DNA of 23,568 nucleotides from contig NW_021836641.1 in the NCBI RefSeq assembly GCF_006345805.1, positions 1 to 23,568 of the forward strand, read 5' to 3'. The stretch comes from Octopus sinensis (Eukaryota). Under the pieces are notes generated by a model, which was given only the letters and a program-made list of their open reading frames with translations, was not told the origin of the DNA and did not search any database. Below, in pieces: positions 1 to 10,145 of the stretch; position 1 is the stretch's first letter, and each line of letters starts with the position of its first letter. Made by a program: the position numbers and the translations under genes.

Positions 1-200
1 CATACATATATATGTGTGTGTACGTGTGTGCATAAACGCTGACTGTAGTTAGAATTGGATAAATGCTATTTATTTACTGCTTTTATCTCCTTCAAGAAAT
101 CCTTGAAGGGGATGAAGACGTTCGATAAAATGCATTTCTTCAAATTATGACTACCTTCATTTATTACTATATATAAATCTGTACACAACTACAGACAATC

Positions 201-257
<57 letters not shown>

Positions 258-304
258 TAGATAGAATAGATATAGATAATAGATAGATAAAAGATAGATA
301 GATA

Positions 305-349
<45 letters not shown>

Positions 350-546
350 AGATATATAGATAGAAGATAGATAGATATATAGATGATGTATGTATAGAAT
401 GTAGTATGTGTATGATTGGTATGTATGTATGTATTATTATGTATGTAGTACGTACGTACGTATGTATGTAAGTATGTATGTATGTTATGTATGTATGTAT
501 GTATGTATGTATGTATGTTGTGTGTGTATGTATGTATGTATGTATG
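201..546. repeat. Compound microsatellite: (GATA)n followed by degenerate (TATG)n
   Basis: Tandem GATA units at ~201-385 and TATG units at ~386-546 are directly visible. Confidence 0.95.
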
Positions 547-604
547 TTTCAGGCAGGTAAGCCATCCTTAAACTGAAAGTCCATCGATGGCTTAGCAGGC
601 AGAA

Positions 605-836
605 ATTTCGTGGTCTCTTACGACATTAAAATGTTAAAATACTCCCTTTAGCATGAATTGGAGAATACTCTTACGCTTCCAAACATACCAAGGTAACAAT
701 AAGCCCTGCCAACTTTGTACGAATGAATCTTACCATATTCTCACATTTAAGAACCAAATTCTCAAAGCGAAACTCTGAACCAGTCTCTTCATGCAAGCAC
801 AAAACCTTAAACCCACTAAATCATTTCAAACCCATA
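605..836 (+). mobile_element. Penelope-like element (PLE) GIY-YIG endonuclease C-terminal relic
   Basis: Manual translation across stops and frameshifts gives ISWSL...NTPFSMNWRILLRFQTYQGNNKPCQLCTNESYHILTF, then KRNSEPVSSCKHKT. This matches the PLE GIY-YIG tail pattern W.I...PY.....C.LC..EK..IL....LN.RSE..S.C.H. Confidence 0.62.
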
Positions 837-1159
837 GCTTTTTTCGAGCAGCAAAGAATAACTCACCATTTTATCTCCTCTCCTCTTTACTATAAACTAT
901 CCTCATAATATACATAAAAATCATTTTTACAGCTCTACGCTATACAGACACTTAGAGATTATCTAAGACTTCCCTAGTCTCCAACCGAAATCTTCCCAAA
1001 AGTGCCCATCATACATATGCTCACATAAATATATATTTACATGCAAGCAACTTAGAGTACCCTTTTCTTTTAGTTTCCATTTTTCTTAAACGTAAAACAT
1101 GGCGCTGATTAAGTGTTTCAAGCAGTTCATGTGGGTGAGCTGGTCTTTCGCACGCTGAC

Positions 1160-1261
1160 CGTCATTTGACCCCTTGGCTATCATCGACTCCCTTTAATTC
1201 CTTGCCGACCCCTAGGGGTTCCATTGGACTCCCTTTGGTGACCCCTTGGTTAGAACGACTG
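1160..1261. mobile_element. Terminal fragment of a hAT (Charlie-like) DNA transposon/MITE
   Basis: Ends in GGTTAGAACGACTG (reverse complement CAGTCGTTCTAACC, close to the CAGTGGTTCTCAACC-type TIR) and carries several GACCCC subterminal repeats. No partner TIR found. Confidence 0.4.
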
Positions 1262-1399
1262 ACAATACCACATAGGCTGTCGGACGGGTTAACAAGAGAT
1301 GCATTCGGATCATATGATTTGGAAACTACATTGCAACACCCGTTTGAAATCTATATTGCAATACCTACCCAATGACTGCACAACCAGCAATAAGATGCA

Positions 1400-1661
1400 A
1401 ATTGTTCTGAGAAGCATGCGGTGGAAGCATAAAGATTGCGTGTCCCTAGATCCTGAAGCGGGTCCAAAATGGGAGACCGGGGGATAGACAAAGAGCGAGA
1501 TGGTTGGATAATACACAAAGCCGCAGTTGATCGTGCCTTTGGAATACAGCCTGATTGTGTACAACTGTTGCTTCTATTAGGGACCTATGGAGAAGGTACC
1601 TGAGAACTCTACCTCACAAGACCCTCCAAGAAGTAGTGGGAGTCGAAAATGGATGGATGGG
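1400..1661 (+). mobile_element. 3' end of an RTE-clade (Expander/Rex3-like) LINE, copy A
   Basis: Frames give ..MRW.., RQRARWLDN and LWRRYLR, and the fragment ends in AAAATGGATGGATGGG, the (GATG)n-type tail I associate with this lineage. Confidence 0.6.
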
Positions 1662-1704
1662 TGGAACAAGTCCCTGACTAGGACTCAATTTGTTTGCTCC
1701 TGTT

Positions 1705-2062
1705 CAAACTAAAGAGGCGCGAGGTAATGTCTAAAGTTTTCTACGGAGCCTGTGTATTGTTTTGCAGAGAAGTGTGTGCAATAAGCAGGATTATTCTGAT
1801 CTTAACTATTTCACTTCAGCAGTACAGAAGCATGGGAGATCTAAAGACTACTCTTCAACCTTCCTGGATCATAAAATGTTTGGTCAACTGAGAATTGACA
1901 GTTATGTCAGTGAAATTTGCAAATGGATGGAAGCAATGAACAAATAGAGGATATGGAGAAAAATTCGGTTGAGAACCGTTGAAATCGTATGTTGTTAAAT
2001 CCACCACGGTGTTACGAGTCCAGCTGTTTAGCCAACAGAAATTATTACAAATAATTCTTTGA
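1705..2062 (+). pseudogene. Decayed hAT transposase N-terminal region (ZMYM1-like/DUF4371), copy A
   Basis: EVMSKVFYGACVLF / VCNKQDYSDLNYFTSAVQKHGRSKDYSSTFLDHKMFGQLRID / LRTVEIVCC / PRCYESSCLANRNYYK resemble, in order, the motifs LYCWPCLLF, W.K.G..DL..L....KHE.S..H, NREIL.RLI..VCFL and FRGHDES...NRGNY.ELL. Frameshifts and stops are present. Confidence 0.7.
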
Positions 2063-2077
2063 TGGAGATAGACTCAC

Positions 2078-2136
2078 TATAGCTTAATAGTTAAGAAGCT
2101 CTCCTCGGAACCACGAGTTTCGGGGTTCGAAGTCTG
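2078..2136 (+). mobile_element. tRNA-like SINE head fragment (Pol III A/B boxes)
   Basis: A-box-like TAGCTTAATAGTTAAG and B-box-like GGTTCGAAGTC at tRNA-like spacing. Confidence 0.35.
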
Positions 2137-2555
2137 TAAGTCTTTAAATCCATGATGTCTGTCACACTAGAATTTTTACAACATGGAAGTCCTTATTCCC
2201 TCAATAACACATCCCAGAAACTTTGCATTATAGCAAACAGCACACAACATGTGTATAAACATTTTGTTTATATCGCATATTATATACATCGCACATATAA
2301 CTTTATTTTTACCTTCTACTTCTTTTAGTCATTAGACTACGGCCATGCTGGGGCACCGCCTTGAAGAATTTTAGTCGAACGAATCGACCACAATACTTTT
2401 CTTTTTAAGCCTTTATTCTATCGGTCTAATATGCTGAACTGTTAAGTTACAGCGACTTAAACACACCAACACCGTTTGACAACCGGTAGTGCTGGTCAAT
2501 CACTCACAGACATACACACACATGCACACACACGTATTATGTATGAATGTATGTG

Positions 2556-2577
2556 TATCTATCTATCTATCTATCTT

Positions 2578-2650
<73 letters not shown>

Positions 2651-2725
2651 ATATATATATATTATATATAGATATATATATATATGTGTTTTGTGTGTGT
2701 TGTGTGTGTTTGTGTGTGTGTGTGT

Positions 2726-2762
<37 letters not shown>

Positions 2763-2775
2763 TACATATATATAT
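2556..2775. repeat. Compound microsatellite (TCTA)n-(TA)n-(TG)n
   Basis: Directly visible tandem units. Confidence 0.95.
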
Positions 2776-2779
2776 AATA

Positions 2780-2937
2780 AATAATACAAGCATATAATGG
2801 TACAGAACGTCACCAACGGTTGCAAATAACATGAAATACGTAAACAACGATAAAAAAGGAAAACAGGACAAGTAAACACAGAGAAAGGACCCTTCATCAG
2901 TTGTCGGGTGTGTATCTACTCCTCATTTCGAGCATTC
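2780..2937 (-). mobile_element. Short interspersed repeat, probable PLE terminal-repeat relic
   Basis: Minus strand contains CTGATGAAGGG and a CTGTACC..TATATGC tail shared with 20449-20720. Flanked by (TA)n on both sides. Confidence 0.38.
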
Positions 2938-3399
2938 ATATATATATATATATATATATATGTTATATAAATATATAAACATGCATACACCGTTTTTTTT
3001 AAATGTTCCTGCCTACCAAATCTACTCATAATGCCTTGGCCAGCTCACGACTATAGTAAAAGATATTTGCCCTAGATGTCATGCAGTAGAACTGAACCAG
3101 GAACCATATGGTTAGGAAACAAACTTCTTATTACACAACCACGTCATATACGCGCTCGCGTGCGTGCGTATCTGAGTCTATGTATGTATGTATGTATGTA
3201 TGTATGTATTATACTATTTAGTAGATAGGTAACTAGGCCTGTCTTGAGCCTTAGGATTCATCAGGCCGATAACCCAGTTCCCATCGAGCATACGTGTGTA
3301 GTATAGCTATATTCTCCTCAAACGAGACCTCGGGGCGTCGCAGGGTAACTCATTTACAATGAACCTGAGCAATGTGACATAAAGTATTTCGATCAAGAA

Positions 3400-3798
3400 T
3401 ACAACACATTCAACAGTCCAGGAATCGAAGCTACGATGGATGCACAAAGATTGCCTTCTCCCAGGTCCCCGAAGCGAGTCCAAGAGGCCGGGAAGTAAAC
3501 CAAGAGCGGGATGGTTGAATAATATCCATAGTCCTAGTTCGTTACACTTAGGAATCCAGCCTGACTGTTGCTTCTTAAAGGACTCTATGTAGAAAATGCC
3601 TGAGGAGTCTACTCTCAAGAACTTCCTAGGAATACTGGGCGTCGGAATTGCATAGGTAGGTGGAATCAATTACAGAGCGGTAGGTGAGATACAATTTTAT
3701 CCATTTATGAAGAGGACTCAACTTGTTTCCTCTTGTTTCACACTAAAGGGATCCGAGGTACTGCCTAAATTTTTCTGCGGAGCCAAAGTATTGTTTTC
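3400..3798 (+). mobile_element. Diverged copy B1 of the RTE 3' end plus start of the hAT fragment
   Basis: Translates VQESKLRW...KRPGSKPRAGWLNNIHSPSSLHLGIQPD. Colinear with 1411-1762 and 3823-4093 but more diverged, with a ~45 bp insertion near 3670-3712. Confidence 0.6.
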
Positions 3799-3809
3799 CA
3801 TCACGGCAA

Positions 3810-3993
3810 GAAACCGAAGGAGAGACAAAGAGCGAGATAATATCCAAGGCCTCCTTTGGTGATGCCTCAGGATCCTGTCTGATTGTGTTACAACGGCTGT
3901 TGCTTCTGCTACGACCCTATGGAGGAGGTACCTGAGAATTCTACCCAACAAGACCCTTCCAGAAATAGTGGGAGTCGAAAATGGATGGATGGG
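3810..3993 (+). mobile_element. RTE-clade LINE 3' end, copy B2
   Basis: AGACAAAGAGCGAGA start shared with 1486, LWRRYLRILP...VGVENGWMG, and the ATGGATGGATGGG tail at 3981-3993. Confidence 0.62.
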
Positions 3994-4034
3994 TGAAACA
4001 ATCACTGACTAGGACTCAACTTGTTTCCTTCTGC

Positions 4035-4385
4035 TCAGAATAAAGGGATGCGAGGTAATGTCTGAAGTTTTCTACGGAGCCTGTGTATTGTTTTGCAGAG
4101 AAGTGTGTGCAATAAGCAGGATTATTCTGATCTTAACTATTTCACTTCAGCAGTACAGAAGTATGAGAGATCTGAAGACTACTCTTCAACCTTCCTGGAT
4201 CATAAAATGTTTGGTCAACTGAGAATTGACAGCTTAAGTGTCAGTGAAATTCGCAAATGGATGGAACCAATGAACAAATAGAGGAAATAGAGAAAAATTT
4301 GGTTGAGAACCGTTGAAACCGTTAATTTCACTTCAATGTTGGTCGACCAATAGAAGTTATTTTACATAGAATTGCTTGTTTTAGG
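4035..4385 (+). pseudogene. Decayed hAT transposase N-terminal region (ZMYM1-like/DUF4371), copy B2
   Basis: GCEVMSEVFYGACVLF / VCNKQDYSDLNYFTSAVQKYERSEDYSSTFLDHKMFGQLRID / IWLRTVETVNF / NRS..YIELLVL. Near-identical to copy A over ~245 nt. Confidence 0.72.
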
Positions 4386-4394
4386 TTGACACAC

Positions 4395-4453
4395 TATAAC
4401 TAGTTGGTCAGCAATTTCGCCTTGAATCCGTAAGGTTCCGGATTCGATTCCAC
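4395..4453 (+). mobile_element. tRNA-like SINE head fragment
   Basis: A-box-like TAACTAGTTGGTCAG and B-box-like GGATTCGATTCC; same relative position as 2078-2136 in copy A. Confidence 0.35.
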
Positions 4454-4624
4454 TTTGCATCTTTCAGTCAACGGGCTGCGGTCATGCTGGGATACCGCAT
4501 TGAAGGTTTTAGTCGAACAAATAGACCCCTGCACTTTTTTGAAGCCTGGTACTTATTGCACCGGTTTCTTTTTTGCCGAACCCGTTGTCAAGAGGGACAA
4601 ACATAAACACACACACACACAAAC
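4454..4624 (-). mobile_element. SINE family 1, 3' fragment
   Basis: GGTCATGCTGGGATACCGC...TTAGTCGAACAAAT.GACC is the reverse complement of the tail at 22790-22870. Confidence 0.8.
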
Positions 4625-4631
4625 ATATTTT

Positions 4632-5402
4632 CCCTATGTGCGACATTTAACTGGGGTTTCACATGAGCAATGATGCAACATTCCATGTGCATATTACCAA
4701 GATGGCAAAACTGTGCAGGCGAGTGGCTGGCTGGATTTTGAGGACATTCAGAACCAGGAAAAGGGAGACCCTGCTACTCTTAAGGAAGACTTTCGTTCTC
4801 AGCCGCTTGGACTACTGCTCCCAACTATGGTCCCCAGGGAGTGTAAAACAAACTGTGAAACTCGAAACAATCCAGCCCCAATACACAAAGAAGATTGACT
4901 CGATGCAAAAGATAGGCTACTGGGAGCGGCTAAAAGAGCTGAGTCTCTATTTCCTGGAGAGAAGACAAGGGAGATATGCGGTGATACCTATTTGGAAGAT
5001 CTTGGGGAGTTTAGCTCCCAATTTTGTAATTGACAGCTATACCAATCATCGAACTGGACGGAACTGCATCATACCAAAGATCCCGTCTTCCCTAACTAAA
5101 ATAAGGACACAGTACTGCAATAGTCTAAGTTTCAAGGGCCCGCAATTGTTCAATATCCTTCCAAGCAACCTTAGGGATCTACATGGTGTTGATGTGGAAG
5201 TTTTCGTGGAACGTCTGAACAGGTTTCTATCTGAGATACGAGATGAACCCACATCGCGGCCGGAGACGCAAAGAAGAGCAGCTCCGTCCAGCTCGCTGTT
5301 TCACCAAAAACAAAACCGGAAACAGCACCGACTAACGACAGGTGGTGCACCAGCATGACCTCTGCCCTGAGGCAAAACCAATAAATGATAAAAAAAGATA
5401 GA
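4632..5402 (+). mobile_element. 5'-truncated CR1/L2-group LINE: ORF2 C-terminus (ORF 4663-5358) plus 3' tail
   Basis: ORF motifs GWILRTFRTR, LSRLDYCSQLWSP, YWERLKEL.LY.LERR, SFKGPQLFNILP are typical of the post-RT region of this group. An A-rich tail follows at ~5375-5402. Confidence 0.9.
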
Positions 5403-5659
5403 ACTTATGAAGTACTGCTAGCAGGGTTTCGTGGCCGAAACAGTCATAAGCTTTGCCATTTTTCAAGCTCAAGACTGTCAACTTGCGTTCAAACAAAATG
5501 ACGTTTGAACAGGGAACGCTCATAAGTAAGACAAACACAGGGGAGATAACCGGCGTTACAACAACATGCCCCCCCCCCAAAAAAAAAAAAGATAAACGTA
5601 AACAAGAGACAATACTTTACGTCTCCGGAGGTCTATCGTTAAATTCCGCCAAGTTGTAA

Positions 5660-5985
5660 TTCTTAAACTACGGACATAAGAAAAAATCTGGTTCCTGGAA
5701 TTTACTCAGTTGTTGGAGGTACTTAAGTGCTTTAAGAGATAGAGTTTATCGAGAGAACATTTTAAAGATATTTTTGACCTGTTAATATAAGGTTCAGTTT
5801 TGGAAAGGATTTTCAGTTGATGTCATAGGTGATCCCTTCGTCTTTAACTTTCCAGATTAAAGTAGAGTGGGTCGTTGTATGCCTCTTCTCACGGTTTATA
5901 AAAGTTGAAAGACGGTTGATATATCTGTACTGAAATTTAGATATAACAACCAAGACACGTGGTGTAGTGAGATCGTTAATCGCTG
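5660..5985 (-). mobile_element. Penelope-like element GIY-YIG endonuclease relic
   Basis: Minus-strand translation KFQYRYINRLSTFINREKRHTTTHSTLIWKVKDEGITYDIN, frameshift, then KILSKTEPYINRSKISLKCSLDKLYLLKH...NSRNQIFSY matches the PLE GIY-YIG pattern FK.RY.NH..SF......T.LS..IW.LK...W.I...PY. Confidence 0.75.
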
Positions 5986-6119
5986 TTTAGATTCCTGCAA
6001 CCGACTGGCGTCTCGTTCAGGCAGGAATGTCGGGATCTCGTATGTGCATATCTATCTATTCACCTGCCTGCCTGTCTGTTCGTCTGCCTTTGTCTATCTG
6101 TCAGTCTATGTTGTCTATA

Positions 6120-6127
6120 TATATGTG

Positions 6128-6164
<37 letters not shown>

Positions 6165-6389
6165 GCGTGTGTATCTTTGTGTTTATTTCCCATCACCACT
6201 TGTCAAATGGTGTAGGTTAACTTACATCCTCCGTAACGTAGCAGTTTAGCTAAAAAAGAAAGACCGATGGAATAAAATACCAAGTTTACAAATTAGTCCT
6301 GGGGGTGATTTGTCGGGGACTAAATCCTTCGATTGCGGTGCTCCAGCATGACCATAGTCCAATAACTGAAACAAGTAAAAGGTAGAAAG
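6120..6389 (+). mobile_element. SINE family 1, 3' half
   Basis: Colinear with 22660-22893, including GCGGTGCTCCAGCATGACC and the ACTGAAACAAGTAAAAG tail. Confidence 0.82.
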
Positions 6390-6483
6390 TGTGAAGAGTG
6401 AGTGAAAGAACTTTTCACTTTCAAAGCATAAGTTTTTCCTTTATTTCACTTTTACTGCTTTGGAACGAGAAATATAAGATAAC

Positions 6484-6753
6484 AATATCAAATTCCTTGA
6501 TCATTTACTAACCAATTTGAAGAATTTTTTATGCCTTTGATTATAATATCTTGAAAAAAGGCAATGAGGTTCTTGAATGCTCTCAGTTTTCACCCAAGAA
6601 TTCAGCTGATGCTAAAAGAAAAAGAAAAAATGCCTCGCAACAGTTTTCAAAGAATTATAACGGTCGGTAGATTTATTTCTAACCATATCTTGCAGCATTT
6701 CTTCAGCAGAACGAACATGTTCCAACCTGGAACGAATGACTGACTACATGCTT
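6484..6753 (+). pseudogene. Decayed hAT transposase C-terminal dimerisation region
   Basis: TVFKEL*RSVDLFLTISCSISSAERTCSNLERMTDYML resembles the Dimer_Tnp_hAT motif FP.L..L....LT.P.S.AS.ERSFS.L.RIK.YL. Confidence 0.65.
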
Positions 6754-6906
6754 CTGTGGGTCACAAAACAAGGAGAAACTAAATGGCCCCTATTCTTGTT
6801 TCATTATTTATTTTTTTCTGCTTTGTATGTTTTATTGAGAAAAGAAACAACCGATGCGTTTGAAACAGTAGGGTTCCTTGCAGTTCGAGATCTTGGAGCG
6901 GGTTAC

Positions 6907-7090
6907 TTCACACACACACACAAACACACACACTGACACACAAATACACATATACACACATGTACAAGCACGCATGCATATACATAGGGCATCCATACAC
7001 ACACACATATGAGTGCATGCACACACACACAAACGGGTACATGCACACAAATACAGGTACGCATACTCACACGTACAAGCATGCACACAA

Positions 7091-7123
<33 letters not shown>

Positions 7124-7203
7124 GAAGTACACGTGCACACATGCACATTCCCACACTCTCGAAAATCACATATACACACGCACATAATATACCCCTTCAC
7201 ACT

Positions 7204-7244
<41 letters not shown>

Positions 7245-7271
7245 ACACACACACACACAAACACACACATA
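6907..7271. repeat. Degenerate (CA)n-rich tract
   Basis: Directly visible. Confidence 0.92.
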
Positions 7272-7675
7272 CAATTCTGATGTATAATTGAATAACTTAA
7301 GTAAAATTTTCTGGTGCTTTCAATAATAAAAATAAAATATTTTATACATTTTTTTCGTTTGTTATTTTGTAATTTCTATAAAATATTGAAAACTTTGTTG
7401 ATTTAAGCGTGACATTCCATCGCATTTGTAATTTGCAATCCATGCAGTGTGTGTGTATGTATGCGTGCGTGTGTGTGCGTGTGCATGTGAATATGTGTAC
7501 ACGTATACACATACGTACGCTCACACATATATTATATGTGCACACGTGTGTGTGTGATATGTATGTGCATCTTTGCATATGTATCTGTGTGTGTGCATAT
7601 ATATATATACGTATATATATGTATATATATATTTAAATCTATATATATATATATATACACACACACAAATATATA

Positions 7676-7816
7676 GGCGCAGGCCTGGCTGTGTGGTAAG
7701 GAGCTTGCTTCCCAACCACAAAATTCCGGGTTCAGTCCCACTGCGTGACACCTTGGTCATGTGTCTTCTACTATAGCCTCAGGCCGACCCAAACCTTGTG
7801 AATGGATTTGGTACAT
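7676..7816 (+). mobile_element. SINE family 1, tRNA-derived head
   Basis: GGCGCAGGCCTGGCTGTGTGGTAAG (A box) ... GGGTTCAGTCCC (B box), colinear with 22508-22605. Confidence 0.88.
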
Positions 7817-7824
7817 ATATATAT

Positions 7825-7859
<35 letters not shown>

Positions 7860-8028
7860 GTATATAATATATATATATATGTATGTATGTATATATACAT
7901 ATATTATACACATATATATACACACACATATATACATGCATATACATACATACATATACACATATATATATATATATACTATTATATACACACACAACCT
8001 CACACACACACACCAACACACACACATA

Positions 8029-8068
<40 letters not shown>

Positions 8069-8621
8069 TAAATATAAGAGAGTGGTCACTATATGGCTCA
8101 CTCTAGCACCAGTTAATCCAAAAGGTTTCAACCACGAAAATACATGTTTTCCCATGAAAGTCAGTACGATTATAGATATACATTAATAATTAGTATCTAT
8201 TCTCTCACCCTTATTAATTAATATATATATATATCTATATATATATATATATATATTATATATAATATATAATATATATATATACCAAACTATTTCTGTG
8301 TAAGTAGTAAGTTCCCCCCGTAGCAGAGAGCACACACTGAATAAGTATGTGCGCGCTTGTGGCTGTGTGCGCACACACACGCACGTACACAGAAGCGCGC
8401 GTGCACGCACACACACAGACACACACACACAGACACTCACAAAATTTTTTATATTCGCTCATACACACAGCAAAGAATGTTTGAAGATTTGATTTGAATA
8501 AAGTACAGAAGAATTAGATAAGTGCTGTAAATATATATTTACTTATAAGCATGTAATGTATACGCATACGAATATATACACATACATTCAGTCATACACC
8601 CCACGCACACACACACAAACA

Positions 8622-8680
<59 letters not shown>

Positions 8681-8787
8681 TTATATACATACATATTGCA
8701 TATATACATATATATATACACATATAAGTATATGTATAATGGTATATATAGGTGATGTGTGTGTGTGTATATATATGATGTTGTATA

Positions 8788-8825
<38 letters not shown>

Positions 8826-9005
8826 TATGTATATGGATATATGCATAACTAACTATATCTATCTATCTATCTATCTCTCTCTATATATATATACACACAT
8901 ACATACATACATGCATACATACATCTATACATATACATAATATGTATATATATATACATACAACCCATATATATAAGTATATATATATATACATATATAT
9001 ATATG

Positions 9006-9041
<36 letters not shown>

Positions 9042-9105
9042 CATATATATACACACACACATATATATATATAAACACGCCCCCCCCCCACATACACACA
9101 CACAG
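7813..9105. repeat. Cluster of (TA)n/(CA)n/(TCTA)n compound microsatellites with short non-repetitive gaps
   Basis: Directly visible; gaps at about 8075-8215, 8285-8345 and 8460-8550. Confidence 0.9.
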
Positions 9106-9489
9106 TGTTTCAATAATGATCTAAGTACGAAATTATTGGTGTATGTATGTGAAAATTTGTAAAACTTCTGATGAGGCATCGAACCAAATCGATCACAGGG
9201 AATATCGAACAGGTATTTAACAATGATATGGAGATCAAATTCAGAAAATTTCAAAGACGGGTGAGTTTATTAAGACTGCGCCCCGACACCTCCTCCCCGC
9301 CACTGATATCAGCCACACCACCGCTCACCAACAATAACATCAACAACAAAAAGGAATATGGGGTTAACAAGCCAGCCCTCTATGTGGTCGCTTGATTTCG
9401 TAGAAATGGCAACTAAATTTCTTTCAAATTCAATTCCACTTATTACGTAATACTTTTTAAATATTGATATAATATATAAACAATATATT

Positions 9490-9745
9490 CTATCTTTCAC
9501 TTGCTTCAGTCATTAAACTGCGGCCATGCTGGTGCTCTATCTTCAAGGGTTTCGTCGAACAAAACACAGTTCTTATTTTAAAGCTAGATACTTATCCTGT
9601 CGGTGTCCTTTTGCCAAACCGCTATGTTACAAGGATGTAAACTATGTTACTGGGACGTAAACTCTGTTACTGGGACGTAAACAAACCAATACCGATTGTT
9701 AGGTGGTGGCAGGGGACCAACCCAAAGACGCACATACACGCATAC
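9490..9745 (-). mobile_element. SINE family 1, 3' half with an internal 20-bp triplication
   Basis: GGCCATGCTGGTGCTC tail motif. Units TATGTTACAAGGATGTAAAC / TATGTTACTGGGACGTAAAC / TCTGTTACTGGGACGTAAAC at 9623-9682. Confidence 0.8.
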
Positions 9746-10145
9746 ATGCGTACATACATACATACATATACATAATATATACCTACACACATAAATGTGT
9801 ATGTTTATATATATATATATAATATATATATATAATATATAATAATTATATATATATATCAGTAATAATATAGGGTGAAATAATTAATTGGAATATCATT
9901 AATTTCACAAGTAGATTTCGGATGTAAAAGCCTCATTCGAGAAAGAAAGTTTAAGTAATGCTAAGTAATTAAGGGTTTAGCACGTTTTGCCTCACCACAC
10001 ACCGAATTTAGAAATAGCAGTCAAAGAGTTATAGCTATTTTCTACTAAAAGGGAGATCTCAGTAAAACCACAGCACTTGAAAGGCAAACACAGGACAGGC
10101 AAGAGAGAAAGAAATGACGGCAATCTATCATACAATTTTAAGTCA

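Larger units (their letters stand above)
2301..3146 (-). mobile_element. tRNA-derived SINE (octopus-type family 1), both ends present, middle inflated by microsatellites and an insert
   Basis: 3008-3146 is the reverse complement of the head seen at 7676-7816. 2301-2520 is the reverse complement of the 3' half seen at 22690-22893 (GGCCATGCTGGGGCACCGCC). Between them lie (TCTA)n/(TA)n/(TG)n tracts and a foreign segment at 2780-2937. Confidence 0.82.

Noticed and set aside
551-562. AG|GCAG|GTAAGC, a possible 4-nt microexon with a perfect donor
   Set aside because: No polypyrimidine tract (upstream is (TATG)n), frameshifting length, and such short matches are expected by chance.
3228-3270. Minus-strand GGC-CTGATGA-ATCCTAAGGCT-CAAGAC-AGGCC resembling a hammerhead
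   Set aside because: No GAAA strand, weak stem II and no NUH site followed by a stem I partner.
5404-5450. Hairpin CTTATGA...TCATAAG enclosing CCGAAAC
   Set aside because: No CUGANGA core; a 7-bp stem is plausible by chance.
9168-9185. CTGATGAGGCATCGAAC hammerhead-like core
   Set aside because: Stem II is only 1 bp, GAAC replaces GAAA, and no stem I or III can be formed.
9215-9266. Possible exon ending at a consensus donor CGG|GTGAGT
   Set aside because: No convincing acceptor, and the peptide is not recognisable.
9623-9682. Short direct repeats as a possible CRISPR-like array
   Set aside because: The units are contiguous with no spacers, lie inside a eukaryotic SINE, and there are no cas genes.
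9857-10022. Multiple single-base indels between the two tandem copies, suggesting divergence time
   Set aside because: They are mostly 1-nt losses in the first copy next to a microsatellite, a pattern typical of long-read consensus error, so I did not use them for dating.
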